This document shows positions 52,203 to 64,000 of a stretch of DNA of 64,000 nt, piece by piece. How positions within the stretch are numbered: the first letter of the stretch is position 1; every line of letters starts with the position of its first letter. Below the pieces are notes generated by a model. The model had not been told where the DNA came from and searched no databases. It worked only from the letters and a program-made list of their open reading frames with translations. The translations under genes were made by a program, and so were the position numbers. This stretch comes from Azolla caroliniana (Eukaryota > Plantae > Polypodiophyta): NCBI GenBank assembly GCA_043228905.1, contig JBHGNT010000002.1:10664001-10728000 (forward strand), given 5' to 3'.

Positions 52203-55200
52203 TGTTGAGATACAAGCTCAACATTGGCCAGATCGGCTGTGCAAGCCGAGAACCGGATCGGTTGGGACCGATCGGTTAGGCCGGACTGGTGCGTAAAACG
52301 GATGCGTAAACCGGTACGCAAACCGGTGCGTAACGAGAGGCCGTATCGGTGCGTAAACCGAAAGGCCGTCAAAGAAATATTCCTCGTAAGGAATAATTTT
52401 GGGAGTGAGTGTCGAGGCTCATTTATGAGCAGTCAAGTACTGTCAGTACTTGTGTCAGCTCGACTGTCAGGGCTTGTATAAAAGTGCTCACTGAGCACAT
52501 CCTATGTACAAATCGAGTATTATTTTTGAATTAAGTTCTTGTGTTTACTCTCTCTCTGTCTCTCCCATGCGTACTATGCAAACCTAAGCTTTCCATTAAA
52601 CCTGTGTTTTCTGTTGTTCAGGTTCCTATATTGCTTCCGCACGCCATTTTTTCATGGTATCAAAGCGGGAGGGTTGAGAACCTCTGCAGTCGACTTTGCT
52701 TGAAGGAAAAACCAATGAAGAAGAACAAGAAAACCGATGGATAGAGGAATGGCTAGCTCGCTTTCGACGGAGAAGCTCGATAGAACCAACTACGCATCAT
52801 GGTCCTACAAGATGCACCAGTACCTGGTCGGACATAGTTACTGGAGCTATGTCGATGGAGCAAATGACACAACACTTGATTCGACACACAAACACTTCCC
52901 GGCGTGGGAACAATCGGCGAGTAGAGTCCTGTATTGTTTCACATCTTGTGTGAGCGGACAACTATTAAGCTACGTTCGGGATGCAAAAACACGGAAGGGT
53001 GCGTGGGAAAATCTGAAGAAGATCTTCGCCGCGAGCACCACAGTCAGGAAGCTTCAGCTCCGACAGGAGTTGAGCAACCTACGACAGTGCGATTTGTCGG
53101 TGGCTAACTATACCTCCAAGATCAAGGACATATGCGACTCCTTAGCTTCCATCGATGTGAACATCGAGGAAAGCGAGATGGTCTAGGTCTGTCTCGGGGG
53201 TTTGGCGTCAAAGTTCAGAGTGTTCCGAACTCCTGTGTACACAGGAGAATACGTCGTCATTTTTCGACTTACAGTCGATGCTCCTTATAGAGGAGAACCA
53301 TGCGGGTGCGTGGACAAGCACGCATGCCGACAGCAAGATGCTATACACGGAGGGAGAGAGGCCTCGTGGTCGTGTCGGACGAGGCGAGTCGGTACGCAAT
53401 GGAGGTGGCCGACGGGATCAAGGAAGAAGGCACCGAAGTGATGCTAACTGCAATTTCGGACCCTCCGGAAACAAGGGGAGTCGAGGCGACGAGAACCGGC
53501 AAGGGAAATCCGCCGCAGAATGCTGGTACTGTGGCAAGAAAGGCCACAGGGAGAGCGAGTGCTGGAGAAAGCACACCGACCAGATCTCGTCTACCCGGTT
53601 GGGGTGATCAGTCAGTTCATGGCGCGACCTACCGAGGAGCACCTTCAGTGTGCGCAACGCGTACTGTGATACGTAAGCGGCACTAAGGACCGAGGAGTGC
53701 TACATCGGACCGGTCTAGCCTCGTAGTTGGTTGGCTACACCGATGTTGACTGGGCTGGCAACGCCGCCGATCACCGATCCACGTCCGGATACGAGTTCTC
53801 TCTTGGGAGTGCCGCGATCGCGTGGAATAGTAAGAAGCAGCCGACAGTTGCACTGTCGAGCACCGAAGCTAAGTATAGAGGAGCGGCTATCGCGACATGC
53901 GAAGTCATATGGTTGAAGCGGCTACTTAAGGATTTGCAGGTGGAGGTGTCTGATCCAACGACTATCTACTACGACAACCTCAGCAGCATCCAGCTCGCCA
54001 AGAAAGCACGCCGACCATCACCCGACCAGATCTCATCTACCCGGTCGGGGTGATCAGTCAGTTCATGGCGCGACCTACCGAGGAGCACCTTCAGTGTGCG
54101 CAACGCGTACTATGATACGTAAGCGGCACTAAGGATCAGGGAGTGCTATATCGAACCGGTCTAGCCTCGCAGTTGGTTGGCTACACCGATGTTGACTGGG
54201 CTGGCAACGCCGCCGATCACCGATCCACATCCAGATACGAGTTCTCTCTTGGGAGTGCCGCGATCGCGTGGAATAGTAAGAAGCAGCCGACAGTTTCACT
54301 GCCGAGCACCGAAGCTGAGTATAGAGGAGCGGCTATCGCGACATGCGAAGTCATATGGTTGAAGCGGCTACTTAAGGATCTGCAGGTGGAGGTGTCTGAT
54401 CCAACGACTATCTACTGCGACAACCTCAGCAACATCCATCTCGCCAAGAACCCCGTTTTCCACGTCCGGACTAAGCACATTGAGGTGCACCACCATTTCA
54501 TCCGTGAGCGTGTTCTCTCCGGTGAAGTCGAACTTCAGAATGTTCCGACGGATCGGCAGACCGCTGACATCTTCACCAAGCCTCTTGGACTGGACAAGTT
54601 GTGGCAATTCTCAAGTGCGCTTGGGTTGTGTCACCTCGACATGCCGAACTTGAGGGGGAGAGATGTCCCGAATGACCACGGAAGGGGGAGAGAAGACCGC
54701 GACGCCGATTCGGATGATGAATTCGATTTCGGATCGGTTGAAGAAGCTGAGGGCGGACCCGCGGAAGATTCCGGAAGCGGACATAAGGGGAGCAACCAAA
54801 AGGAAGAGCCGAAGTCAACCAAGCATGGGGGAGATGACGCCGTCAAGGGTGAGAAGACCGAAGACCAGTTGGAGACAACCAACTCGGATGAGAGTGAAAA
54901 CCGATCGGAGGTAGCCGAGTCGGTTCGGATGTTTGATTCAGATACACTAAATCAACCGAGGGCCAAGCGGAAAAGAAGGCAGTAGGAGAAGCGCCAACAC
55001 CGCGACAACGAGGGAGCTAAGAAGGGCCGTGGGAGCAGACAAGCCGACCGGAAGGGTCGAAGCGCGCGGAGTCGAACAGGTCGAGGAGCATGAGCGAGGC
55101 GTGGAGCTAGGAGGAACCAGGGCGGTGATCCGGAATATCCCGAAGAGCCTCAAGTTCAGCTTGAGGGGGACTGTTGAGATACAAGCTCAACATTGGCCGG

Positions 55201-55622
55201 ATCGGTTGTGCAAGCCGAGAACCGGATCGGTTGGGACCGATCGGTTAGGCCGGACTGGTGCGTAAAACGGATGCGTAAACCGGTACGCAAACCGGTGCAT
55301 AACAAGAGGTCGTATCGGTGCATAAACCGAAAGGCTGAGAGAAATATTCCTCGTAAGGAATAATTTTGGGAGTGAGTGTCGAGGCTCATTTATGACCAGT
55401 CAAGTACTATTAGTACTTGTGTCAGCCCGACTGTCAGGGCTTGTATAAAAGTGCTCACTGAGCACATCCTATGTACAGATCAAGTATTATTTTTTAATTA
55501 AGTTCTTGTGTTTACTCTCTCTCTGTCTTTCCCATGCGTACTATGCAAACCTAAGCTTTCCATTAAACCTGCGTTTTCTGTTGTTCGGGTTCCTATATTG
55601 ATTCCGCACACCATTCTTTTCA
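52203..55622 (+). mobile_element. Internally deleted copia family A element (LTRs 52203-52654 and 55172-55622) inserted in the family B RT
   Basis: Highly similar ~450-bp LTRs; TSD GATAT/GATAC; PBS TGGTATCAAAGC. Gag 52737-53575 is joined directly to the RT tail/RNase H. Removing it restores the host GELRYFL. Confidence 0.92.
53566..54445 (+). repeat. ~440-bp tandem duplication inside the deleted element
   Basis: Units start AGAAAGCAC at 53566 and 54001; ORFs at 53731 and 54177 are near-identical (offset 446). Confidence 0.9.
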
Positions 55623-57060
55623 GATACTTTCTTGACATTGTGATGATCAGATCTGAAAGTGGTATATATATGTTGGAAAATCAGTATGCAACAACTATGT
55701 TGAAGAAGTATCGTATGCTTGGATGCAAATGTATTGGTGTACCACTAGATAAGAACTACAAATTGAGGGTTGATTTGGGAGCCAAAATAGAAGATGTAAA
55801 CATGTACAGGTCTATGGTGGGTAGCCTCATATATTTGACCATAATAAGACCTGATTTGAGTTATGTTGTTGGATTAGTCAACCAGTTTATGCAACATCCA
55901 ACAAAGCCACATTTGAACAGCATAAGAAGAATTTTGAGGTATGTAAAAGCTACTCAAAATTATGGACTGTTTTACAGGGCTGATTTGGACATAAAGCGGG
56001 AAGGATATAAAGATGTTGATTGGGCTAGAGGCCAAACTGACATAAGATCCACAAGTGGATATATGTTTACATTGGGAAGTGCAGTTATTTCATGGAGTAG
56101 CAAGAAACAAGCTATTGTTGCACTATCAAGTATTGAAGCTGAATATAGAGCTGCAATAACTACCTGTGAAGAGGTATGGATCAGAAGATTTCTTGTTGAT
56201 TTGGGAGAATATATAGATGGTGTTGTCACTATTTAGTGTGACAATATGAGCAGCATTTAGCTTGCAAAAAACACAGTGTTCCATGTAAGAACAAAGCATA
56301 TTGAAGTGCATAATTATCACTTTGTTAGAGACAAAGTGATTGATGGAGAAGTGGATCTGTTGTAAGTACAAATCAGCAAGTGGCTGATATTCTTACGAAG
56401 GGATTGAGCATGGGAAAACATACACAGTTTAGAGACATGATGGGAGTTATAACCATCGGCATGGTAGCTGAAAAGCATGAAGAAAAGAAGATTGAACATG
56501 ATCTTACGAAAGGATAGGTTGAGCTTGAGGGGGAGTGTTGAGAAGCAAGCTCAACAAAGGTATGTGATGCTTATTGAGAAATAAGCTATAGTAGCTATTA
56601 GCTAATTAGCTACTAGTGGACATAAAGGTGAAACAACTATTTAGCTATTTGACAACTATTTAGCTGCATATATAAGTCACTTATAACTTAGGTAAAAAGT
56701 ATGTAAGAAGTAGTGGAGTAGAGAGAAGTAAGAACAGAAAACAGAAAACAGAAAACTGACGAGAGTGAGTTGAGCTCTGCGTGTAATGAAATAGAAGAAG
56801 TTTTTTGGTTTGCTAAACAAAGGTAAGTCTCCTTCCCCCTTTCCCTTTCTGTCTTAAGCACTAAACAATCCAGCACATCACGATCTGTTGTGCACGCAGA
56901 AGATTCGTAGTGCCTTCGTAACATTACGCACCCAATGTTGAGCTTGTCTCTCAACAATATGACCAAGAAGAAAGCATCATAGAAAAGAAAAGAGAGATCA
57001 AGAAAGAAGAATATCGGGTTAAGAATGTTGTTTTGATCCTAAGTAGAGCATGACGAGCCT

Positions 57061-57885
57061 TGTTAGATCCCCATTGCTTGCACGCACAAACATCAAAACA
57101 ACAAAAAAAAAAATGTCAGTAAACTCTTTGATACTACTATTAAGAGTCTAATAATAATCAATAGACCAAACTAAAGTAAAAGAAGGAAAATAGATTGGAT
57201 AGAAGAACCGTTCCACCTGACCACCCCCGAGCTATGATCTAGACATAGCCAACCTACCATTAACCTTCCATACCAGTGGATATTAGGATGACTAATACCT
57301 TGGAAGAGATAAACACAATCGTCGAGATCAAAGCCTAGCCCGCACAACCGGTGTCCAAGACAACAACCTTCCGACGTGTGTGCTTATGAGGGTACCTAAG
57401 CCTCATATTTATACCTTTCCCTAGGCCCCTTGAATAGATGTGCCTTTCTAAAAGGCTCTCCATTCATTGGTTGTCCAAATCACGATAGTACATGCACCTA
57501 TCATTCTTTTTATCCAATCTCATTAGTCCCCTTTTTAACATTAGTGAACATACCCTTCACTTATGTAAATATTAGTGACCTACCATCACCTACGTTATGT
57601 GTACATAACACTCTGAGAGCCTTTTGATAAGATCGAGCTCGTTTTGTCAAAATACTTGACAACACAATAGCCAATGCATTACACACATCATTCACGAAAG
57701 TTTCCCACGAAGAGGGGAGACTACTCATTAGCAGGAGAGCCTTCAACTCATCATCAATTGTCATCCCTTGGGCCTAAATTTGGGGGGTTAATGCTTTCAT
57801 ACCCATTGAGATGCCTCTAGACCGAATCAGATTCTTTCATCCGAACATTGTAAAGGTGCTGAATTAGATAAATCTTCGTGGCAGA
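57061..57885 (-). mobile_element. Decayed copia fragments (degenerate Met PBS ~57122-57136, LTR-like stretch, gag piece)
   Basis: MTIDDELKALLLMSSLPSSWETFV (57561-57764) is copia gag-like. Confidence 0.55.
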
Positions 57886-58294
57886 CCTTGGATTGATGTG
57901 GATACCAGCCGATGCGGACATCAACTGAAAGGAACCGACCCGAGTTGAACTTGAGGAGTCGTGCTAAGAATCAAGCTCAACCTAGTCTAGTGTGCGAACA
58001 CACCCTTTGAGAATCTATGATCACTCAAAGGTCAGAAGTCACACCACTACTCTCTACACATTAATTATGTGTCATAGAGTCATATTCTATGACACATAAC
58101 TAATGAGTTTCCACATTCCTCATGACCCATGAGCTTCGGTAGTTAATGAAGAGAGAGGGTGACTATATAAAGCACCGTCCTCCTACTTTGTAAAGGGTTG
58201 GTTGTCTTCCCTTGTATTGCTACAGTTTTGTAATTGATATTCTCCTTGTTAATATACACCTTCTTCTTGAGTGTCATGATATAGCATGGTATGG

Positions 58295-58365
58295 CTTCAA
58301 AAGGATTTGAAGACCCATGACCTTGTGTCACATGGGTTGAACCCCTACCATTAAGCTATACATTG
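58295..58365 (-). other. Degenerate tRNA-like sequence / SINE head
   Basis: Minus strand TAGCTTAATGGTAG (A-box) ... CAAGGTCATGGGTCTTCAAATCC (B-box-like); same layout as 3051-3124. Confidence 0.45.
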
Positions 58366-58414
58366 TATTACAAAGAATATTGTTTTCATTTATTACTTCA
58401 CTTTAGGAAATTCA

Positions 58415-58615
58415 TGTATATTCTAGATTTCTTTGGAACATTCTAGAAATGTCAAGAATACTCCTAAGCACACTATTGTTGGGGGATCTTCAACAAATCT
58501 CTTTAGAAAAACCGCAAGCGCAACAACATGGAGAGCTAGCGTTACGTGTGCAACAACTTGAAGCAACCATTGTAGCATTGCAACAACAAGGAACATGTAC
58601 TCAAGAGCTCAAGGG
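58415..58615 (+). mobile_element. Tcn1-like gypsy remnant (LTR start + gag piece), related to 2145-3006
   Basis: TGTATATTCTAGA..GAACATTCTAGAAAT aligns with the LTR start at 3006(-). Gag LRVQQLEATIVALQQ matches RRVQQLESAIVALQQ at ~2500(-). Confidence 0.6.
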
Positions 58616-60092
58616 ACACATCTGCACCACTCAGCCTCTCCATTGTTGAAGCAAAAAGCCAAAGAACAACCAAACGCCCTCGGATGTCGAGCTTCAAAGG
58701 AACTCGACATGGTGTAGAAGCAATTTAGAATATAAGGGAATGTGAGTTACACTGCCTAGAAGCTATGGTTGGAATGCCATGTGTCACACCCACATCAAAA
58801 CCCTTTGATCTCTCGCATCTTTTCGAGAGACTTGGATGGAAATGAAACGAAGCCTAGTTAAGCCATTTGAATATGTTACCCCATAACATGCTTTGTACAA
58901 TACTAGAACTCTTTTAGCTTAAGTTTTATTTTATTTTATTTTTGGTGTCGATGATTGGTTAAACACCCTTTTTTTGTTGTAAACCAATTGTCTTATGGGC
59001 CAATTTCGGTCTTAGAAGACGTTTAACTTAATATATGTTTCTTTCTCTCTCTCTCTCCCTCTCTCTCTCTCAACGGGGACATAACTACAAAACCATATTC
59101 TTAAGGTAGTCAAACACAACTTGATATGAATGGTATGGGTAGAGCATTGGCACCATCAATGAAAACCTAGATTTCAAGGTGACAAAAAACTTCTTGTTAC
59201 TTATGCCCAAACTTGTGATATAACCTATGCCTGCCATCTTCGTCAACCACTATACAAGAAAGACATGTCACATTCGAAATATGTCTTCATTTTAAAGTCA
59301 CCGCCAATGACAACCCACCGACCATTGCACACCAAAGAAACACTGTTGCACTAAATGGAAGATGACAATGTCATCTTGCATCTCAAATTTGACGCCACCA
59401 CTTTCATGTCGAATAATGTGCCATGTATCCAAAACCTTTTTTCTAAACAAGCTCTAGCTTCAACCAACTTATGGTATACATCATTAATGCACCACAATAT
59501 CGATTTTTATGACCAATCTTTCCATGGTTCCTCAACCACCAATTCTAGAATTGGGAAAACTAAACTATACAATGCCAATATTGATTGTCAAATATACCCA
59601 TATCCATGTGGCATATGAAATTTATTTCAGACTGTCTGAAAGGCCATCATTCTCGTATGTGAGTGTAAGATTGCAACTTACATAGTTACCAAGCCAACCT
59701 CTCTCTCTCCCCCCCCCCCCCCGAAAGGGTTGTAATATCATGTTCATATATGTGACTTATATTATATGAAGTATTGAGTGTGATACCACATATGCAAGTG
59801 TTTATGAGCCAAACAAAGTAAAGTAACGCATATGTAAGTTAAGTTTAGCCTTGGGTGGGAAAAAAAGACTGGTGATGCATGCATGGAAATGGCCGTCTAT
59901 TCTTCGTTTTTATGAATAGCAAGGACTAATAAAAGCCAAGGCACACCACGCCCTTCTCAAGTGCTCTCTCTCTCTCTCTACATATATATATATATAGATA
60001 TATATATATAAAGAGTCCCTTGATTGTCAATCGCAAGTCCACTTGGCCTCTTCCTCATCGATAACTCGAGTTCACACACGAACAATCAATCT

Positions 60093-60398
60093 ATGGCATC
60101 CGTTGTTGCTGCTGCTGCTTCTCGCATGCACCATATTCGGCATGTACCTCTGATGGCCATGATGCTCCTGCTCTTGCTATCAACAACGGAGGTGGCTGCT
60201 ACGTCACGCCAGACCAACCTAATATACGGCATAATGCCCATACCCGTCGATGCATTCCCACCTTCGTCGACCCATGGTCCCACCATCCACCCCAACCTGC
60301 CCATCCATCCGCATCATCATCATCAACCTCCACCTGCCTTTCCAGTCGGGATCGAACCCCACCTCCCCTTCACCCCCATCTCCCCTCCTCATCATTGA
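60093..60398 (+). CDS. Small putatively secreted Pro/His-rich protein (101 aa)
   Basis: ATG in a plant-like context ~80 bp after TATATAAAG; hydrophobic LMAMMLLLLLSTTEVAA signal-like segment; Pro/His-rich tail; T-rich 3' flank. Confidence 0.65.
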   Translation: MASVVAAAASRMHHIRHVPLMAMMLLLLLSTTEVAATSRQTNLIYGIMPIPVDAFPPSSTHGPTIHPNLPIHPHHHHQPPPAFPVGIEPHLPFTPISPPHH

Positions 60399-62060
60399 CT
60401 TTGTTTTTGAAATTTTGATTTTGATTTTTTTTAAGATTTTGATTTTGATTTTGATTCCCAATGTTCATTTAATAGCTTGGATCCTTTTGCCAAGCTAATT
60501 TTGAAACCCACCCCCCCCCCCCCAAAATAATACCTACTGTTATTCCCGTTGGGTTGGGATGTCGGCTATCATTGTCTTCTAAGATTGAATGTATCTCTTA
60601 GTTTGAGTAACTAATAATATATTGTCAATGATTTTTCTTATTTAAGCTCCTTGCATCTTCAATCAAACAAACAAAGCTATGTCATTGTTATTATTGTTGT
60701 TTGTCTTGCAGCATCACAACATTTAAGCAATCGGTGTATTCTCTCTGTGTCTAGGAGCTTACTAATAATGATTGAGATATATGATGGGGTAAATAAAACC
60801 TATATTCCTTTTGAATGTATTTTCTTTCTGGTAATGTATATGTTGTTCAGTGTTCAGACAAATAAATCTTGGGAGTGACAGTCCATCTCATCTAATTAGT
60901 TCAACAAAGTCACTCGGCTCCATCAGTTTGTAATATCACTCCACTATTACTACTACCCAACGAGCACTCGTGAGAGAGTGATAATATTTGCATCATCTAA
61001 TGACTCAACTCCAGGGACCATCACTAGATGACATTGTATGCATCTGATGATATTGAATACCATTGCCCCATATTTAGCACAAATTAAAAAAAGTTTAGTA
61101 CGAAGCAAGAGTTCAGGACCAGCTTCGGGTAATGCATCATCATACAAGATTAAGACAGTACTTATTCTGTACATTTTATTGTCTTCTGCATTACTTGCTC
61201 CTAGATTCCCAACATCAGATTGATGGCAGCACAAGAGCAGCTGCTGTGTTTAGGTACAATTTAATTATTACTTTATTTTAAAAGACGGATATATAAGATT
61301 CTGTTCTGTGGATGAAGTACCAAGATGATCTGCATAAATACCAATTCATCTCAGATATAGTTGACACATACAGTTTAGAGTAATAACGCATGGACAAACA
61401 TTATATGGAACTGAGTTTTTGCACATCAATGAAAGTAAAAGTTAATATGCAAGTAAATCATCAGCTGCGCTGCTCTCTTGTATGAAAAACCACCACATCA
61501 ACCTTAGAATCTTCTCTCACAACAAATGTAGTTGAGAATATCCACTTCTGAGCACATATTTCACGTTTATTATGTACAGCTGCAAAACTGAGATTTCTTT
61601 TGGATTATGATGGAGATGCGAGGTAGACAAATAAATAAAATAGAGAGTGCTATGGTGCAGAAGCTTTTGCCATCAAGATAAAGAAAAGAAACCACCACCA
61701 AAGTAATTAACAGCTTAATTATCAATATCAGATCATTTTAAAATATCACAATAAAATACTAACAGAGTCACACTAGAATGACATTGCACTTGTGCAGAAG
61801 CCATAATTCCTCACAGAAGTCGTTAGAAACAATGTATTCTTCATTTCTATAATAATATCACATCTTGCCCACAAGATGTCAACTACAAAACCATCAAATA
61901 GGATCCATGATGCCCAGCACGATGTAAAAGTATTTCAACAGAAACCTAATAACAAAACAGAGAATGTTTTGGTTACTATATAGTAGGGAGTTTGGACCTG
62001 TAACTTATTAAGGCCATCAAAGCTGCCAATTCCTTGCAAGTGCTTGGTTAATCAAGAAAT

Positions 62061-63969
<1,909 letters not shown>

Positions 63970-64000
63970 AGCTTCGGGGCTTACAAGAAGGAAGTCAAAG

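Larger units (their letters stand above)
47799..56923 (+). mobile_element. Full-length decayed copia family B element (LTRs 47799-48200 and 56536-56923)
   Basis: Similar LTR pair TGTTGAGAAGC...CGTAACA; TSD TTACA/TTACG; PBS TGGTATGAGAGC (iMet) at 48201. Gag from 48336; PR WYVDSRASNH; INT; RT; RH; PPT TTGAGGGGGAG. Confidence 0.93.
46696..56956 (-). mobile_element. Copia family A 5' part (gag 46696-47288, degenerate Met PBS, 5' LTR split into 47389-47798 and 56929-56956)
   Basis: Gag MHQYLLGHGYWSYVEG. The LTR resumes after the family B insertion as CACCCAATGTTGAGCTTGTCTCTCAACA, the reverse complement of the family A LTR start. Confidence 0.8.

Noticed and set aside
60953-61234. 93-aa minus-strand ORF downstream of CDKB
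   Set aside because: No recognisable motif or splice context; probably 3' flanking sequence.

Overview
Eukaryotic land-plant genomic DNA, mostly nested and decayed transposons. A non-seed plant such as a fern is suggested by Tcn1-like chromovirus remnants and a PSTALRE-type CDKB, but this is inference only. Four host genes look intact: a 4-exon allene oxide cyclase (15502-17044 +), a single-exon C2-domain protein (43821-45308 +), a small secreted Pro/His-rich protein (60093-60398 +) and an 8-exon B-type CDK (62061-63969 -). The rest is Ty1/copia, Ty3/gypsy and hAT material, including a three-level copia nest at 46696-56956. The two strongest leads are: (1) a decayed, intron-containing minus-strand gene (~19470-21831) that fuses a ParB/Srx-like domain to a DIPY-motif (DPPY-like) amino-DNA-methyltransferase domain; (2) two Tcn1-like gypsy LTR starts, each 44-49 bp upstream of and divergent from a tRNA-like A/B-box sequence, suggesting Pol III-targeted integration. 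The better-preserved Tcn1-like LTR also carries a self-priming signal and a heat-shock element array. All calls come from manual reading and translation; no searches were run.
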